Shown here: positions 18,614-27,055 of the stretch, piece by piece | Layout of the letters: each line of letters begins with the position of its first letter | Numbering within the stretch: the stretch's first letter is position 1 | NCBI GenBank assembly: GCA_013152895.1 | Contig: JAADFN010000032.1 | Span: forward strand, 1 to 55,892 | Origin: Acidobacteriota bacterium | Lineage (GTDB): Bacteria; Acidobacteriota; Thermoanaerobaculia; Thermoanaerobaculales; Sulfomarinibacteraceae | Length of the DNA: 55,892 nt | Direction: 5' to 3' | Translations under genes and position numbers: made by a program | The notes under the pieces: generated by a model | What the model saw: the letters and a program-made list of their open reading frames with translations, nothing else | What the model was told of the DNA's origin: nothing | Database searches by the model: none

Positions 18614-20104
18614 GTGTCATCCGAGCCGTCCGCAACGAGCCACCGCTTCCGATTGCCATGGTCCCCGCGGACCTTGCTGATCCTGGTGCCCCTGCACCTC
18701 GTGGCCTTCCTGCTCCTGTACGTGGCCGTGCTGCACCTCGTCGTTCACGAGGTCGCCATGACGTACGAGGCGGAGAGCGGAGCGTTGCTCAACGCGGCCG
18801 TCAGCAAAATCCACTCCTCCATGGTGTGCTCGCAAGGAGGCGGCCTGCACGAACGGCTGGGGGACTTGATGGTATCTCACGAGATCCTGGGGCTTTCCGT
18901 CTTCAACGCATCGGGGCACCCCGGTTCTCCCGTCAGGCCGCCCAACCCCAGGGTATCGGCCTTTCTCGCCACTGACGCCGACGAGAATGTCCGCATCGAC
19001 AAGAACGGGGGAAAGACCACGCTGATCGCCATGGCGCGAATCCGGGCGACGAGCGAGTGCAAGCCGTGCCACATCCCGGGAGCGACCATCGGCGCGCTGA
19101 TGGTCACCCGGGATATCAGCGACGCCTTGAGTGCGACACGCCGCCGCACGGGGATCGGTCTCGCCTTGCTGATCGGGGGCTGGGCCGGACTCGTGGTCGT
19201 GGTCAACTTCGCCACGAAACGTTTCGCCACGGCGTCCGTTGACGCCCTCAAAGCCAGGGTGGCGGCAGAGCCCCCCAGTGCGGCGCCCACGACCGGCGTG
19301 CGGCTGGGCATGGACTCCCTGTCCCACGAGCTCTACCGGAGCCTGGAGAGCACGCTTCGCGAACACCGCAAGGAGCGCGCCGCCATGGAGAGCCGTTTCG
19401 AAAACGCCGAGCGGCTGGCCAGCATGGGGCAGCTCGCTGCGGGACTCGCTCACGAGATCAAGAACCCGGTGGCGGGCGTCCAGGGTGCCCTCGAGCTTCT
19501 CGTCGAGGAGTGCCACAACGACGATCGGATCGACCTCTACCAGCGCATGCTCGACGAGCTGAGGCGGGTGAACGAGACACTTCATTCACTGCTCCACTTC
19601 GCCCGTCCCCGGAAACCCCAGCGCCTCTCGACCGACATTCCGCTCCTCCTCAAAGACATCGCCGACCTTGCCCGGCCCGGGCTTTCCCGCCGGGGCATTA
19701 CCCTGAGCATCCGGGTGGATGAACGCGTGCGGACCTTCATCCTCGATCCGGGCCAGATTCGCCAGGTCGTCGTCAACTTGATCACCAACGCTGCGGACGC
19801 CATCGGTAGCTCGGGGAGCATCAAGCTCCTTGCAACGCCCTTCCCGGAAGGGAATGGAATGATCCTGGCCGTGGTGGACGACGGTCACGGCATGGACGAG
19901 GAGACTCTCAAGGCGGTGTTCGAGCCATTCTTCACCACCAAGCTGCACGGAACGGGGCTCGGACTGGCGGTCGCCCAGAAAATCGTCGAGAAGCACGGTG
20001 GGAGCATCCAGATTACCTCGGCGCCGGGAGAGGGGACGACGGTCTTCCTGCTGTTCCCCGATCCGGGCGAGGAGATTTCGTACAGCGGTGGAACGGAGGC
20101 CTGA
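18614..20104 (+). CDS. Membrane sensor histidine kinase with a periplasmic CXXCH (heme c) sensor domain
   Basis: Two TM segments flanking ECKPCH; H-box LAHEIKNP, N-box NLITNAADA, DDGHGM, FEPFFTTK, GTGLGL; GGAGGG RBS before GTG. Confidence 0.92.
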   Translation: MSSEPSATSHRFRLPWSPRTLLILVPLHLVAFLLLYVAVLHLVVHEVAMTYEAESGALLNAAVSKIHSSMVCSQGGGLHERLGDLMVSHEILGLSVFNASGHPGSPVRPPNPRVSAFLATDADENVRIDKNGGKTTLIAMARIRATSECKPCHIPGATIGALMVTRDISDALSATRRRTGIGLALLIGGWAGLVVVVNFATKRFATASVDALKARVAAEPPSAAPTTGVRLGMDSLSHELYRSLESTLREHRKERAAMESRFENAERLASMGQLAAGLAHEIKNPVAGVQGALELLVEECHNDDRIDLYQRMLDELRRVNETLHSLLHFARPRKPQRLSTDIPLLLKDIADLARPGLSRRGITLSIRVDERVRTFILDPGQIRQVVVNLITNAADAIGSSGSIKLLATPFPEGNGMILAVVDDGHGMDEETLKAVFEPFFTTKLHGTGLGLAVAQKIVEKHGGSIQITSAPGEGTTVFLLFPDPGEEISYSGGTEA

Positions 20105-20107
20105 GCC

Positions 20108-21466
20108 ATGGCATTGATTCTGCTCGTGGAGGACGAAGAGCTGCTCAGGTGGGCGCTGAAAAAGAGGCTTGCCAAGGCGGGACATGCCATCGACGAGGCG
20201 GGCTCCCTGGCCGAGGCGGCCGATCACCTCAAGCGTCGCCAGCCGGACCTGATGTTGCTCGATCTGGCACTCCCGGATGGCCATGGGCTCGATTTCTTCG
20301 AGGATCACCAGGCCGACCTGGAAAGTACCGTCACGATCATCATGACGGCCGTTGGCGAAGTGGAAGATGCCGTTCGCGCCATGAAGCTTGGCGCCTTCGA
20401 CTTCCTCTCGAAACCCGTAGATACCACCGAGCTCCTCAAGCTCATCGACCGCTCTTTGGCCCGCCGGCAGGAGTGTCTCACCGCCCAGGTCGCCCGCCGT
20501 GAGCAGGAGACCCGGACGAGCACCGATATCGTGGCACATTCGGCCGTGTTCAAGAAAGTACTGAACATCGCCTGCCAGGTCGCCCAGTCCCACGTCGACA
20601 CCATCCTGGTCCAGGGGGAGAGTGGCACCGGGAAGAACGTGGTCGCACGCTATATCCACGCGGTTTCGCAACGCCGGGACAAGCCGCTCCTCGAGATCAA
20701 CTGTGCTGCGCTTCCCGATCACCTGGTAGAGAGCGAGCTCTTCGGCCATGAACGGGGGGCATTTACCGATGCCAAGACGAGCAAGAAGGGAACCCTCGAG
20801 CTGGCCGCGACCGGCTGCCTCGTCCTCGACGAGATCAGTGAGCTGAAGCTCGAAGTCCAGGCCAAGCTCTTGCAGTTCCTGGAATCCAGGGTTTTCCGGC
20901 GTGTTGGCGGACTGCGGGAAATCCACGTGGAAACGCGCGTGATCGCCTTGACGAACCAGGACCTCCGGGAAATGGTGGCGGAGGGCAGGTTCCGGGCGGA
21001 TCTCTACTACCGGCTCGCCGTTTTCCCCATCACCGTTCCGCCCTTGCGGGAGCGCCACGAGGACGTTCTCCCGCTCGCATGGGCCTTTCTCCGGAAGTTA
21101 CAACCGGCGCTCGGACGCCGTTTCAACGGACTGACACGGGAGGCCGAAAACCTGTTGCTGGGGTACTCGTGGCCCGGCAACGTCCGCGAGCTGCGCAACG
21201 TGGTGGAGCGGGCAATGATTCTCGAAAAGGGCCCAGAGATCACCCCTTCGTCCCTGATCCTCGATCCGGAAACCGGGGCGCCCGCGCCTTCGGGCAGAAC
21301 CGAACCCCTGGCGGGGATCGTCCCCCTCGAAACCGCCGAACGAGAGCTCGTCCGGAGGGCCATGCGGGCGACGGGAGGCAACCAGACACGCGCGGCCGAG
21401 CTCCTGGGAATCACGCGGGATCAGCTCCGCTACCGGCTCAAGCGCTTTCCCGAGGCCAGCGAGTAA
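20108..21466 (+). CDS. NtrC-family sigma54-dependent response regulator
   Basis: REC (VEDE, LLDLALPDG, SKP), GESGTGK, ESELFGHERGAFTDA, FRADLYYRL, WPGNVRELRN, Fis-type HTH (GNQTRAAELLGI). Confidence 0.96.
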   Translation: MALILLVEDEELLRWALKKRLAKAGHAIDEAGSLAEAADHLKRRQPDLMLLDLALPDGHGLDFFEDHQADLESTVTIIMTAVGEVEDAVRAMKLGAFDFLSKPVDTTELLKLIDRSLARRQECLTAQVARREQETRTSTDIVAHSAVFKKVLNIACQVAQSHVDTILVQGESGTGKNVVARYIHAVSQRRDKPLLEINCAALPDHLVESELFGHERGAFTDAKTSKKGTLELAATGCLVLDEISELKLEVQAKLLQFLESRVFRRVGGLREIHVETRVIALTNQDLREMVAEGRFRADLYYRLAVFPITVPPLRERHEDVLPLAWAFLRKLQPALGRRFNGLTREAENLLLGYSWPGNVRELRNVVERAMILEKGPEITPSSLILDPETGAPAPSGRTEPLAGIVPLETAERELVRRAMRATGGNQTRAAELLGITRDQLRYRLKRFPEASE

Positions 21467-21472
21467 CCCACG

Positions 21473-21488
21473 TGGCACGATCCTTGCT
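21473..21488 (+). promoter_or_regulatory. Sigma54 promoter
   Basis: TGGCACGATCCTTGCT, perfect -24/-12 consensus in the gap right after the regulator stop. Confidence 0.85.
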
Positions 21489-21511
21489 GATGCTGCAGTG
21501 CAGGTGGAACG

Positions 21512-21898
21512 ATGCGGATCGCGATTCTCGACTGCTCGCCGTTGACGGCGTGGACCATTGTACGGCTGTTGCCTCCGAATGTGGATTACGACGTGCTGCC
21601 CTCCTTCGAAGAGGCACATCGCGTGCTCTGCGAGGCCCCGCCGGACGCGGTCCTCATCGGTCTGACCGCCGGCCGGTTGCCGTGGGAGGACCTCCTCGAG
21701 CTCTGCAGGTCCAACCATCCGGAGATTCCCTACCTTCTCTACTATTCCCTCAACGCTCTCCCGCCGGGAGAGCCCGTGCCGCAGGCGGTGGCCAACGCCG
21801 CCGTTTCGCCCGTGGAGATCGCGGAGCTGAGGCTGGCCGTTCGGGGCCTTCTCGATCGCGCCAGGTCCCAGGATCGTGCCACACGATCGCCAGGGTAG
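21512..21898 (+). CDS. Stand-alone degenerate (pseudo-)receiver domain protein
   Basis: MRIAILD..SFEEAHRVL....PDAVLIGL..HPEIPYLL follows the REC pattern, with Gly at the phospho-Asp position. Confidence 0.6.
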   Translation: MRIAILDCSPLTAWTIVRLLPPNVDYDVLPSFEEAHRVLCEAPPDAVLIGLTAGRLPWEDLLELCRSNHPEIPYLLYYSLNALPPGEPVPQAVANAAVSPVEIAELRLAVRGLLDRARSQDRATRSPG

Positions 21899-21929
21899 GC
21901 ATCGTTTGTTTCCCAGAGGAGGCCGAACA

Positions 21930-23681
21930 GTGTTGAAGCAGATTGCCCGAATCGGTTCCATAATGCTGGTTGCCGTTGGCGTCTCCGTCCCCGTTGCGAT
22001 TGCGGGCCACCATCCGCAGCTCGTCTCGGTTCAAGCCTCGAAGTGCACAAACTGCCACGGCGACCTCCTGCGGGGCATGGTCTCCGTTCACCCTCCCGCC
22101 AAGGAGGACTGCACGAACTGTCACGACGTGCAGATTACTGCCACGAGCACGACGATCGGGCTCAACGAGAAGGAACCTGCCCTCTGCCTGGAGTGCCACG
22201 ACGGCCTCCAAAAGGCCGTCGACGGAAAGCTGGCGAGCCCCCATCCGCCGGTCGGCGACTCGTGCCTCAACTGCCATTCGCCCCACGCAAGCGCCAACAA
22301 ACACCTCCTCAACGAGGCCATTCCCGCCCTGTGCCTCGCCTGCCACGATCTCGATGAGCTTCAACCGAAGCACGGAGGGCAGCTCACAGAAGACGTCAAT
22401 TGTCTCGCCTGCCACTCCCCCCACGGCAGCGATGCGCCCAACATGTTGCGCGCCAAGCACCAGCATCCACCCTTCGGTGCGGGAGAGTGCGACGCCTGCC
22501 ACCGCAAACCGTTCGCGGGCCGCGTCAGGCTGCGCGCGTTCGGCGCCAAGGTGTGCACCGCATGCCACGGAGAAATCATCAATCCCAAGGCCGTCAGTAT
22601 CCATCCCGCCCTCGACCGCCGGCGGAACCGGAAGGTCTGCGTCGCCTGCCACGACCCGCACATGAGCGACAATCCTTCGCTCCTGATCGTCACCGGCCCC
22701 GACCTTTGCAAGAAGTGCCATCCAGGTATCGTCAAGGCTGCTCGCGCCGACACGGGTCATCCGGCCGCTTCCGAGGATTGCACCAACTGCCACAAGCCTC
22801 ACGACGCGTCCCAGCCCAACCTCCTGACCGAAGCCACGCCGGCTCTCTGCCTGGAGTGCCACGATGCCGATGACGCCCAGCTTCGCAAGGCGCACCTCGG
22901 CGCGGATATGACCACCCTGCCGTGTGTCAGCTGCCACACGCCCCACGGTGACGGCAACAAGTACCTCCTGGCGAAGACCGTCCATCCGCCCGTGCTCGAT
23001 GGCTGCGACACCTGTCACGAGGGGGCGTACAACAAGCTGATGGACGACGGGGGCTCCGCCCTCTGCCTGGAGTGCCACGACGATATCGGCGAAGAGGCCA
23101 AGAAGGCCAAGTTCCCCCACCCGGCGATGGAAATGGCCGAGTGCACCGATTGCCACAACCCCCACGCTAGCGCCCAGGACCACCTGGTGAAGGAACCGTC
23201 CGGCAAGGAGTGCCTGGCGTGCCACGACGACATCGGGCCGGGCAAGAACGAGGTGGCCCACGGCGTGATCACGCTGATCGGGTGCCGGGTCTGTCACGAG
23301 CCCCACGGGGGTTCCAGGCCGCACCTCCTGCGCATGGATCCGGACGCGCTGTGTCTCAGCTGCCATGACGCCAAGCACTCGCCACCCCCGAATTCCACGA
23401 AGCCGGTCAAGGTGCTCGGTCAGTTCGAGATACCCGCCGAGATCGCCCGGGTCATGGCATCTCTCAGACTCAGCCCCGACGGAACCCGGGACCACCCCGT
23501 GACCAACCACCGTGTGCTGGGAACGCCGAGCAAGAAGGAGCTCAAGCGCAACGATGCACACTTCAAGGGAGAGCTCCACTGTCTCACCTGCCACAATCCC
23601 CACAAGGGGGCGTCGCGCCTGCTGCTCCGCTGGGGAGCCGCCAACTCGTACCAGGCCTGTGCCCACTGTCATCCCAAGTGA
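21930..23681 (+). CDS. Periplasmic high-molecular-weight cytochrome c with 21 CXXCH motifs (doubled-CXXCH repeats)
   Basis: Signal peptide; 21 CXXCH by manual count in ~583 aa; recurring HxP..CxxCHxPHxS...LL....LCxxCH; GGAGG RBS. Confidence 0.93.
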   Translation: MLKQIARIGSIMLVAVGVSVPVAIAGHHPQLVSVQASKCTNCHGDLLRGMVSVHPPAKEDCTNCHDVQITATSTTIGLNEKEPALCLECHDGLQKAVDGKLASPHPPVGDSCLNCHSPHASANKHLLNEAIPALCLACHDLDELQPKHGGQLTEDVNCLACHSPHGSDAPNMLRAKHQHPPFGAGECDACHRKPFAGRVRLRAFGAKVCTACHGEIINPKAVSIHPALDRRRNRKVCVACHDPHMSDNPSLLIVTGPDLCKKCHPGIVKAARADTGHPAASEDCTNCHKPHDASQPNLLTEATPALCLECHDADDAQLRKAHLGADMTTLPCVSCHTPHGDGNKYLLAKTVHPPVLDGCDTCHEGAYNKLMDDGGSALCLECHDDIGEEAKKAKFPHPAMEMAECTDCHNPHASAQDHLVKEPSGKECLACHDDIGPGKNEVAHGVITLIGCRVCHEPHGGSRPHLLRMDPDALCLSCHDAKHSPPPNSTKPVKVLGQFEIPAEIARVMASLRLSPDGTRDHPVTNHRVLGTPSKKELKRNDAHFKGELHCLTCHNPHKGASRLLLRWGAANSYQACAHCHPK

Positions 23682-23699
23682 TTCGGAGGCATCTGATCC

Positions 23700-24759
23700 A
23701 TGAACCGACTCATCTTCCCTATTCTCGCCCTGGCGCTGGCCGCCGGGACCATCGGCTGTACCACCATTCCCAAGGCGGAGCCCACGCAAACCAAGAGCCG
23801 TGAGCAGAAATACGCCGCGTACGTGTGGCCCCCGCCCCCCGACCAGCCCCGTATCCGGCTCGTGGACATTCTGCACAGCCGCCTCGACGTGGAACCCAGC
23901 TCGCACTTCGAGAGAGTGCTTCTCGGTTCGAGCCCCCACAGCCCGTGGGACTTCCTCAAGAAGCCCTTCGGGGTCGCCATCGACAGCCACGACCGTATCC
24001 TGGTGACCGACCCCGGGACTGGCGCCCTGGTGCGTTTCGACCGGGCCGGCCGCAAGATGGACGTCATCGGCGTCAAGGGACCGGTCCGCCTCAAGGTCCC
24101 GCTCGGCGTCTCCATCGGACCCGACGGAACCATCTACGTGGCGGATGCAGGCCTGACCAAGGTCGTGGCCTTTTCCCCGAAGGGCAAGCTGGTGAAGGTT
24201 TACGGCCACGAGGGTGAGCTGCTCAACCCCACGGATGCGGTCGTATCCCCGGATGGGACCAAGCTCTACGTGACCGACTCCAAGGCCCACAAGGTCGTGG
24301 TATTCAACGTGGCCAACGGCAAGATCGTCATGAGCTTCGGTTCCCGGGGCACCGAGCCGGGCCAGTTCAACTTTCCGACGGCCCTGGCCTTCTCGCCCGA
24401 CGGCGATCTCTTCGTCGTGGACCAGATGAACTCCCGGGTCCAGGTGTTTACCGGTGATGGCGATGTCCTGGAGACTTTCGGCGCCCTGGGCGTCGGTTTC
24501 GGAAACTTCGTCCGGCCCAAGGCCGTGGCCGTCAACCACGACGGCCTGGTCTTCGTCACCGACGCCGCGTTTGGCAACGTACAGATTTTCGATTCCGACC
24601 TGCGCCTGTTGACCTTCGTCGGTGAAAACGGCCACGGGCCGGGTCAGTTCCAGCTCCCCGCAGGCGTGGCGGTCCACGGGGAACCAGTTCGCCGTCGTGG
24701 ATCAGCTCAACAGGCGGGTTCAGCTCTTCCGCTTCATCAAGCCGAAGGGTGGGAAATAA
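23700..24759 (+). CDS. NHL-repeat beta-propeller lipoprotein, with an apparent 1-bp frameshift at GGGG 24678-24681
   Basis: Lipobox TIGC, WPPPPDQPRI, GQFNFPTALA, GNFVRPKAVAV; removing one G restores HGNQFAVVDQLNRRVQLFRFIKPKGGK-stop (TAA 24757-24759). Confidence 0.85.
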
Positions 24760-24796
24760 TCCCCACCAATCCGCGGGATGGTGGGCGTTTTCCCCA
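24750..24796. promoter_or_regulatory. Paired 16-bp dyad sites, pair 3
   Basis: TGGGAAATAATCCCCA (24750-24765) and GTGGGCGTTTTCCCCA (24781-24796), 31-bp period, upstream of the sigma54 promoter at 25170. Confidence 0.65.
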
Positions 24797-25169
24797 GGCC
24801 GGTTTTCCGGGTTCACACCGCAAGATGAGGAACGTGAGCCATGGACGGCGGCCCCGGGCGGGTGCAACGGACGCGAAACACGCACCAGGAACGCCTCCAG
24901 CCCGCGTCTCTCACGAACGTTCGTTGCGAGGCCATGGAGGCACCGATCAGCATGACGTTCCGACCAAGGTGGCGAAAAGCCCGCTCGTGGCACGTAATCA
25001 GCGCCACCGCCGCGAGAAACGCGGCTATGGCGGGCACATTCGCGGTCGCAGCAGGAAGCCGGCGAGCTTTGTGGGCCGGGGCCGTGCAAACAGCTCCTGC
25101 GCCGCGCTACCCGGGCGGTTGCGGCTCAGGCCCCCCTTCGGCATCGCCGGCCCCCCGATTCTGCGTGGC

Positions 25170-25185
25170 TGGCACGGAGGTTGCA
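25170..25185 (+). promoter_or_regulatory. Sigma54 promoter of the OmcE-like gene
   Basis: TGGCACGGAGGTTGCA, perfect consensus, 67 bp before ATG 25253. Confidence 0.85.
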
Positions 25186-25252
25186 AACTGCAAAGGTACG
25201 CGCTTCTCGTCGGTGCGGGAGGCGGGATATTAACCAGAGAGGGAGGATCATT

Positions 25253-25921
25253 ATGAAGAAAGTCCTAATTATCTGCCTGGCGGTGCTCGTCACCGCTGTC
25301 ATGGCCAACGCCCAAACGGTGGTTGGCACACCCCACGACCTGAGCGCAACGGGGCCGGGCGCCACAACCAACGTCAGCCGGGTCTGCGTCTTCTGCCACA
25401 CGCCTCACCAGGCCAGCGCGGCGGCCGGCCAGTACCCCCTCTGGAACCACACGCTGTCTTCAACCGCCAGCTACGGCGTGTACTCCAGTCCCACGCTCAA
25501 TGCCAGCCCGACCGACATCGGCGGGGCGACGGCAGGATCCGCCGCCGTGTCCAACCTGTGCATGTCCTGTCACGACGGCACGGTCTCCGTGGCCAGCATG
25601 TACAATCCCCCCAACGAGGTGAGCTCTGTCACGCTTACCGCCGGTGGTAACGTGACGTCGGCCGGCCTCATCACAGGCACGCCGGATCTGGGGACAGATC
25701 TCAGCGACGACCACCCGATCAACTTCACCTATGACACGGCTCTGGCCACCGCTGATGGCGGCCTCAACGATCCGGCCACGGATACCGCTGTGGCGGACCT
25801 TCTCATCGGTGGCGAGGTCCAGTGCTCCTCGTGCCACAATCCCCATGACAACACCTACGAGCCCTTCCTGGTGAAGGACAACACGGGCAGCGCACTCTGT
25901 ACGACCTGTCATATCAAGTAG
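25253..25921 (+). CDS. OmcE-like tetraheme cytochrome c, candidate major filament subunit
   Basis: Signal peptide (..MANA), PHDLS, CVFCHTPH, PLWNH, YSSPTL, SNLCMSCHDG, LGTDLSDDHP, QCSSCHNPHDN, PFL, GSALCTTCHIK; 222 aa; GGAGG RBS. Confidence 0.9.
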   Translation: MKKVLIICLAVLVTAVMANAQTVVGTPHDLSATGPGATTNVSRVCVFCHTPHQASAAAGQYPLWNHTLSSTASYGVYSSPTLNASPTDIGGATAGSAAVSNLCMSCHDGTVSVASMYNPPNEVSSVTLTAGGNVTSAGLITGTPDLGTDLSDDHPINFTYDTALATADGGLNDPATDTAVADLLIGGEVQCSSCHNPHDNTYEPFLVKDNTGSALCTTCHIK

Positions 25922-25946
25922 GCTTGTGACCTGAACGAACGATGGA

Positions 25947-25982
25947 CCGCGGGGGCCGGAAAACCGGTCCCCGCGGGTTTGT
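25947..25982 (+). terminator. Strong stem-loop after the OmcE-like gene (partial terminator or mRNA-stabilising hairpin)
   Basis: CCGCGGGGGCCGG-AAAA-CCGGTCCCCGCGG (13-bp stem with one G-U pair) followed by a weak GTTTGT tail. Confidence 0.7.
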
Positions 25983-26059
25983 AGCGGGCAGACACCATTC
26001 CATGAGAAAATGAGTACGGATTGGATGTCTGCATCGCTCAGCAGCACGAAGGGAACAAC

Positions 26060-27049
26060 ATGGTGCGCCACCTTACCGTCCGGCTGGTTGGAGTGATCAT
26101 GGCGGCGGGGCTCATGGCCTCGCCGGCTGCGGGTTCTCAGCCGAAGATCGCCGCCCGGGTGGGCGACAGGATCATCACCCGCGGCGAGCTCGACCGGGAG
26201 GTCCAGCGGGCTATCAACACCGGTTACTTCCACAGGCGGCTCCCGGAAAACGTGCTCCGGGCGCTGCGCCTCAAGCAGCTCGAGAAGCTCATTCACCGCG
26301 ACCTGGACATCCTGGGCGGCTACGACCGGGGCCTCAAGCTGCCGCTGGCCGATGCCAAGGGACGGCGCGCCGCCATGGAGATTCAGCTCGGCAAGAAGAC
26401 GTACGAACGCTCGTTGAAGATCAACGGGTGGACGCGGGCGGACCACGTGCGCATTCTCGCGGAAACACTCATGGGGCAGGAGGCGTACCGCAGATTCGTC
26501 TTGGAGAAAGCCAAGGTTCCGGAAGGTGCCGTGCACCGGGCCTATGAGGCCAACCCCGGACGGTGGAAGATGCCTCCGTCTCTCCACATCTTCCACATCC
26601 TGCTCAAGGTTCCCCCGTCGGCCGGTGGTGCGGTGTGGGCGAAGCGTGAGGCCGAGGCCCGAAAAATCAAGGCCCAGGTCCTGGCGGGAACGCCTTTTAC
26701 CGACCTTGCGGCGCGCCGCTCGGAGGGAATGTACCGGATCAAGGGCGGCGACCTGGGGTGGGTTCACAAGGGCCGTCTCGAGCCCGAGCTCGAGAAAGCG
26801 GCATGGAAGGCGAAGGTGGGTTCCGTGGTGGGCCCCATACGGACCTTGGAGGGGGTACACCTGTTGCTGGTCACGGCGCGCCGGCCAGCGCGGCAGCTCA
26901 CATATAAAGAGGCAGCGCCGATTCTCCGCAAGGAGCTCGAGAAAAAAGCCCTGGCGAATGCCGAGAAGCGCTGGTACAGCGAGGTGCGGAAGCGGCATCC
27001 CGTGGTCATCCTCGATCCGGCTTTGCGTCAGAGCGACGGGGGACGGTAG
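26060..27049 (+). CDS. Exported PpiC/parvulin-type peptidyl-prolyl isomerase chaperone (SurA/PrsA-like)
   Basis: Signal peptide, AARVGDRIITRGEL, HILLKV, FTDLAARRSE, GGDLGWV, PIRTLEGVHLL. Confidence 0.9.
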   Translation: MVRHLTVRLVGVIMAAGLMASPAAGSQPKIAARVGDRIITRGELDREVQRAINTGYFHRRLPENVLRALRLKQLEKLIHRDLDILGGYDRGLKLPLADAKGRRAAMEIQLGKKTYERSLKINGWTRADHVRILAETLMGQEAYRRFVLEKAKVPEGAVHRAYEANPGRWKMPPSLHIFHILLKVPPSAGGAVWAKREAEARKIKAQVLAGTPFTDLAARRSEGMYRIKGGDLGWVHKGRLEPELEKAAWKAKVGSVVGPIRTLEGVHLLLVTARRPARQLTYKEAAPILRKELEKKALANAEKRWYSEVRKRHPVVILDPALRQSDGGR

Positions 27050-27055
27050 CTCCGC

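Noticed and set aside
21311-21326. GGGGA-TCG-TCCCC dyad upstream of the 21473 promoter as a fourth enhancer
   Set aside because: The spacer is one base shorter than in the other sites, no partner was found at 31 bp, and it lies in coding sequence.
21472-21882. 13-bp inverted repeat GTGGCACGATCCT (21472-21484 and 21870-21882) as an invertible segment or antisense sigma54 promoter
   Set aside because: The second copy lacks the -12 TTGC and lies in coding sequence, and no recombinase is present; chance cannot be excluded.
24760-25256. C-terminal extension of the 518-aa NHL ORF
   Set aside because: Product of the frameshift at 24678-24681; the region holds enhancer and promoter motifs and reads as non-protein-like.
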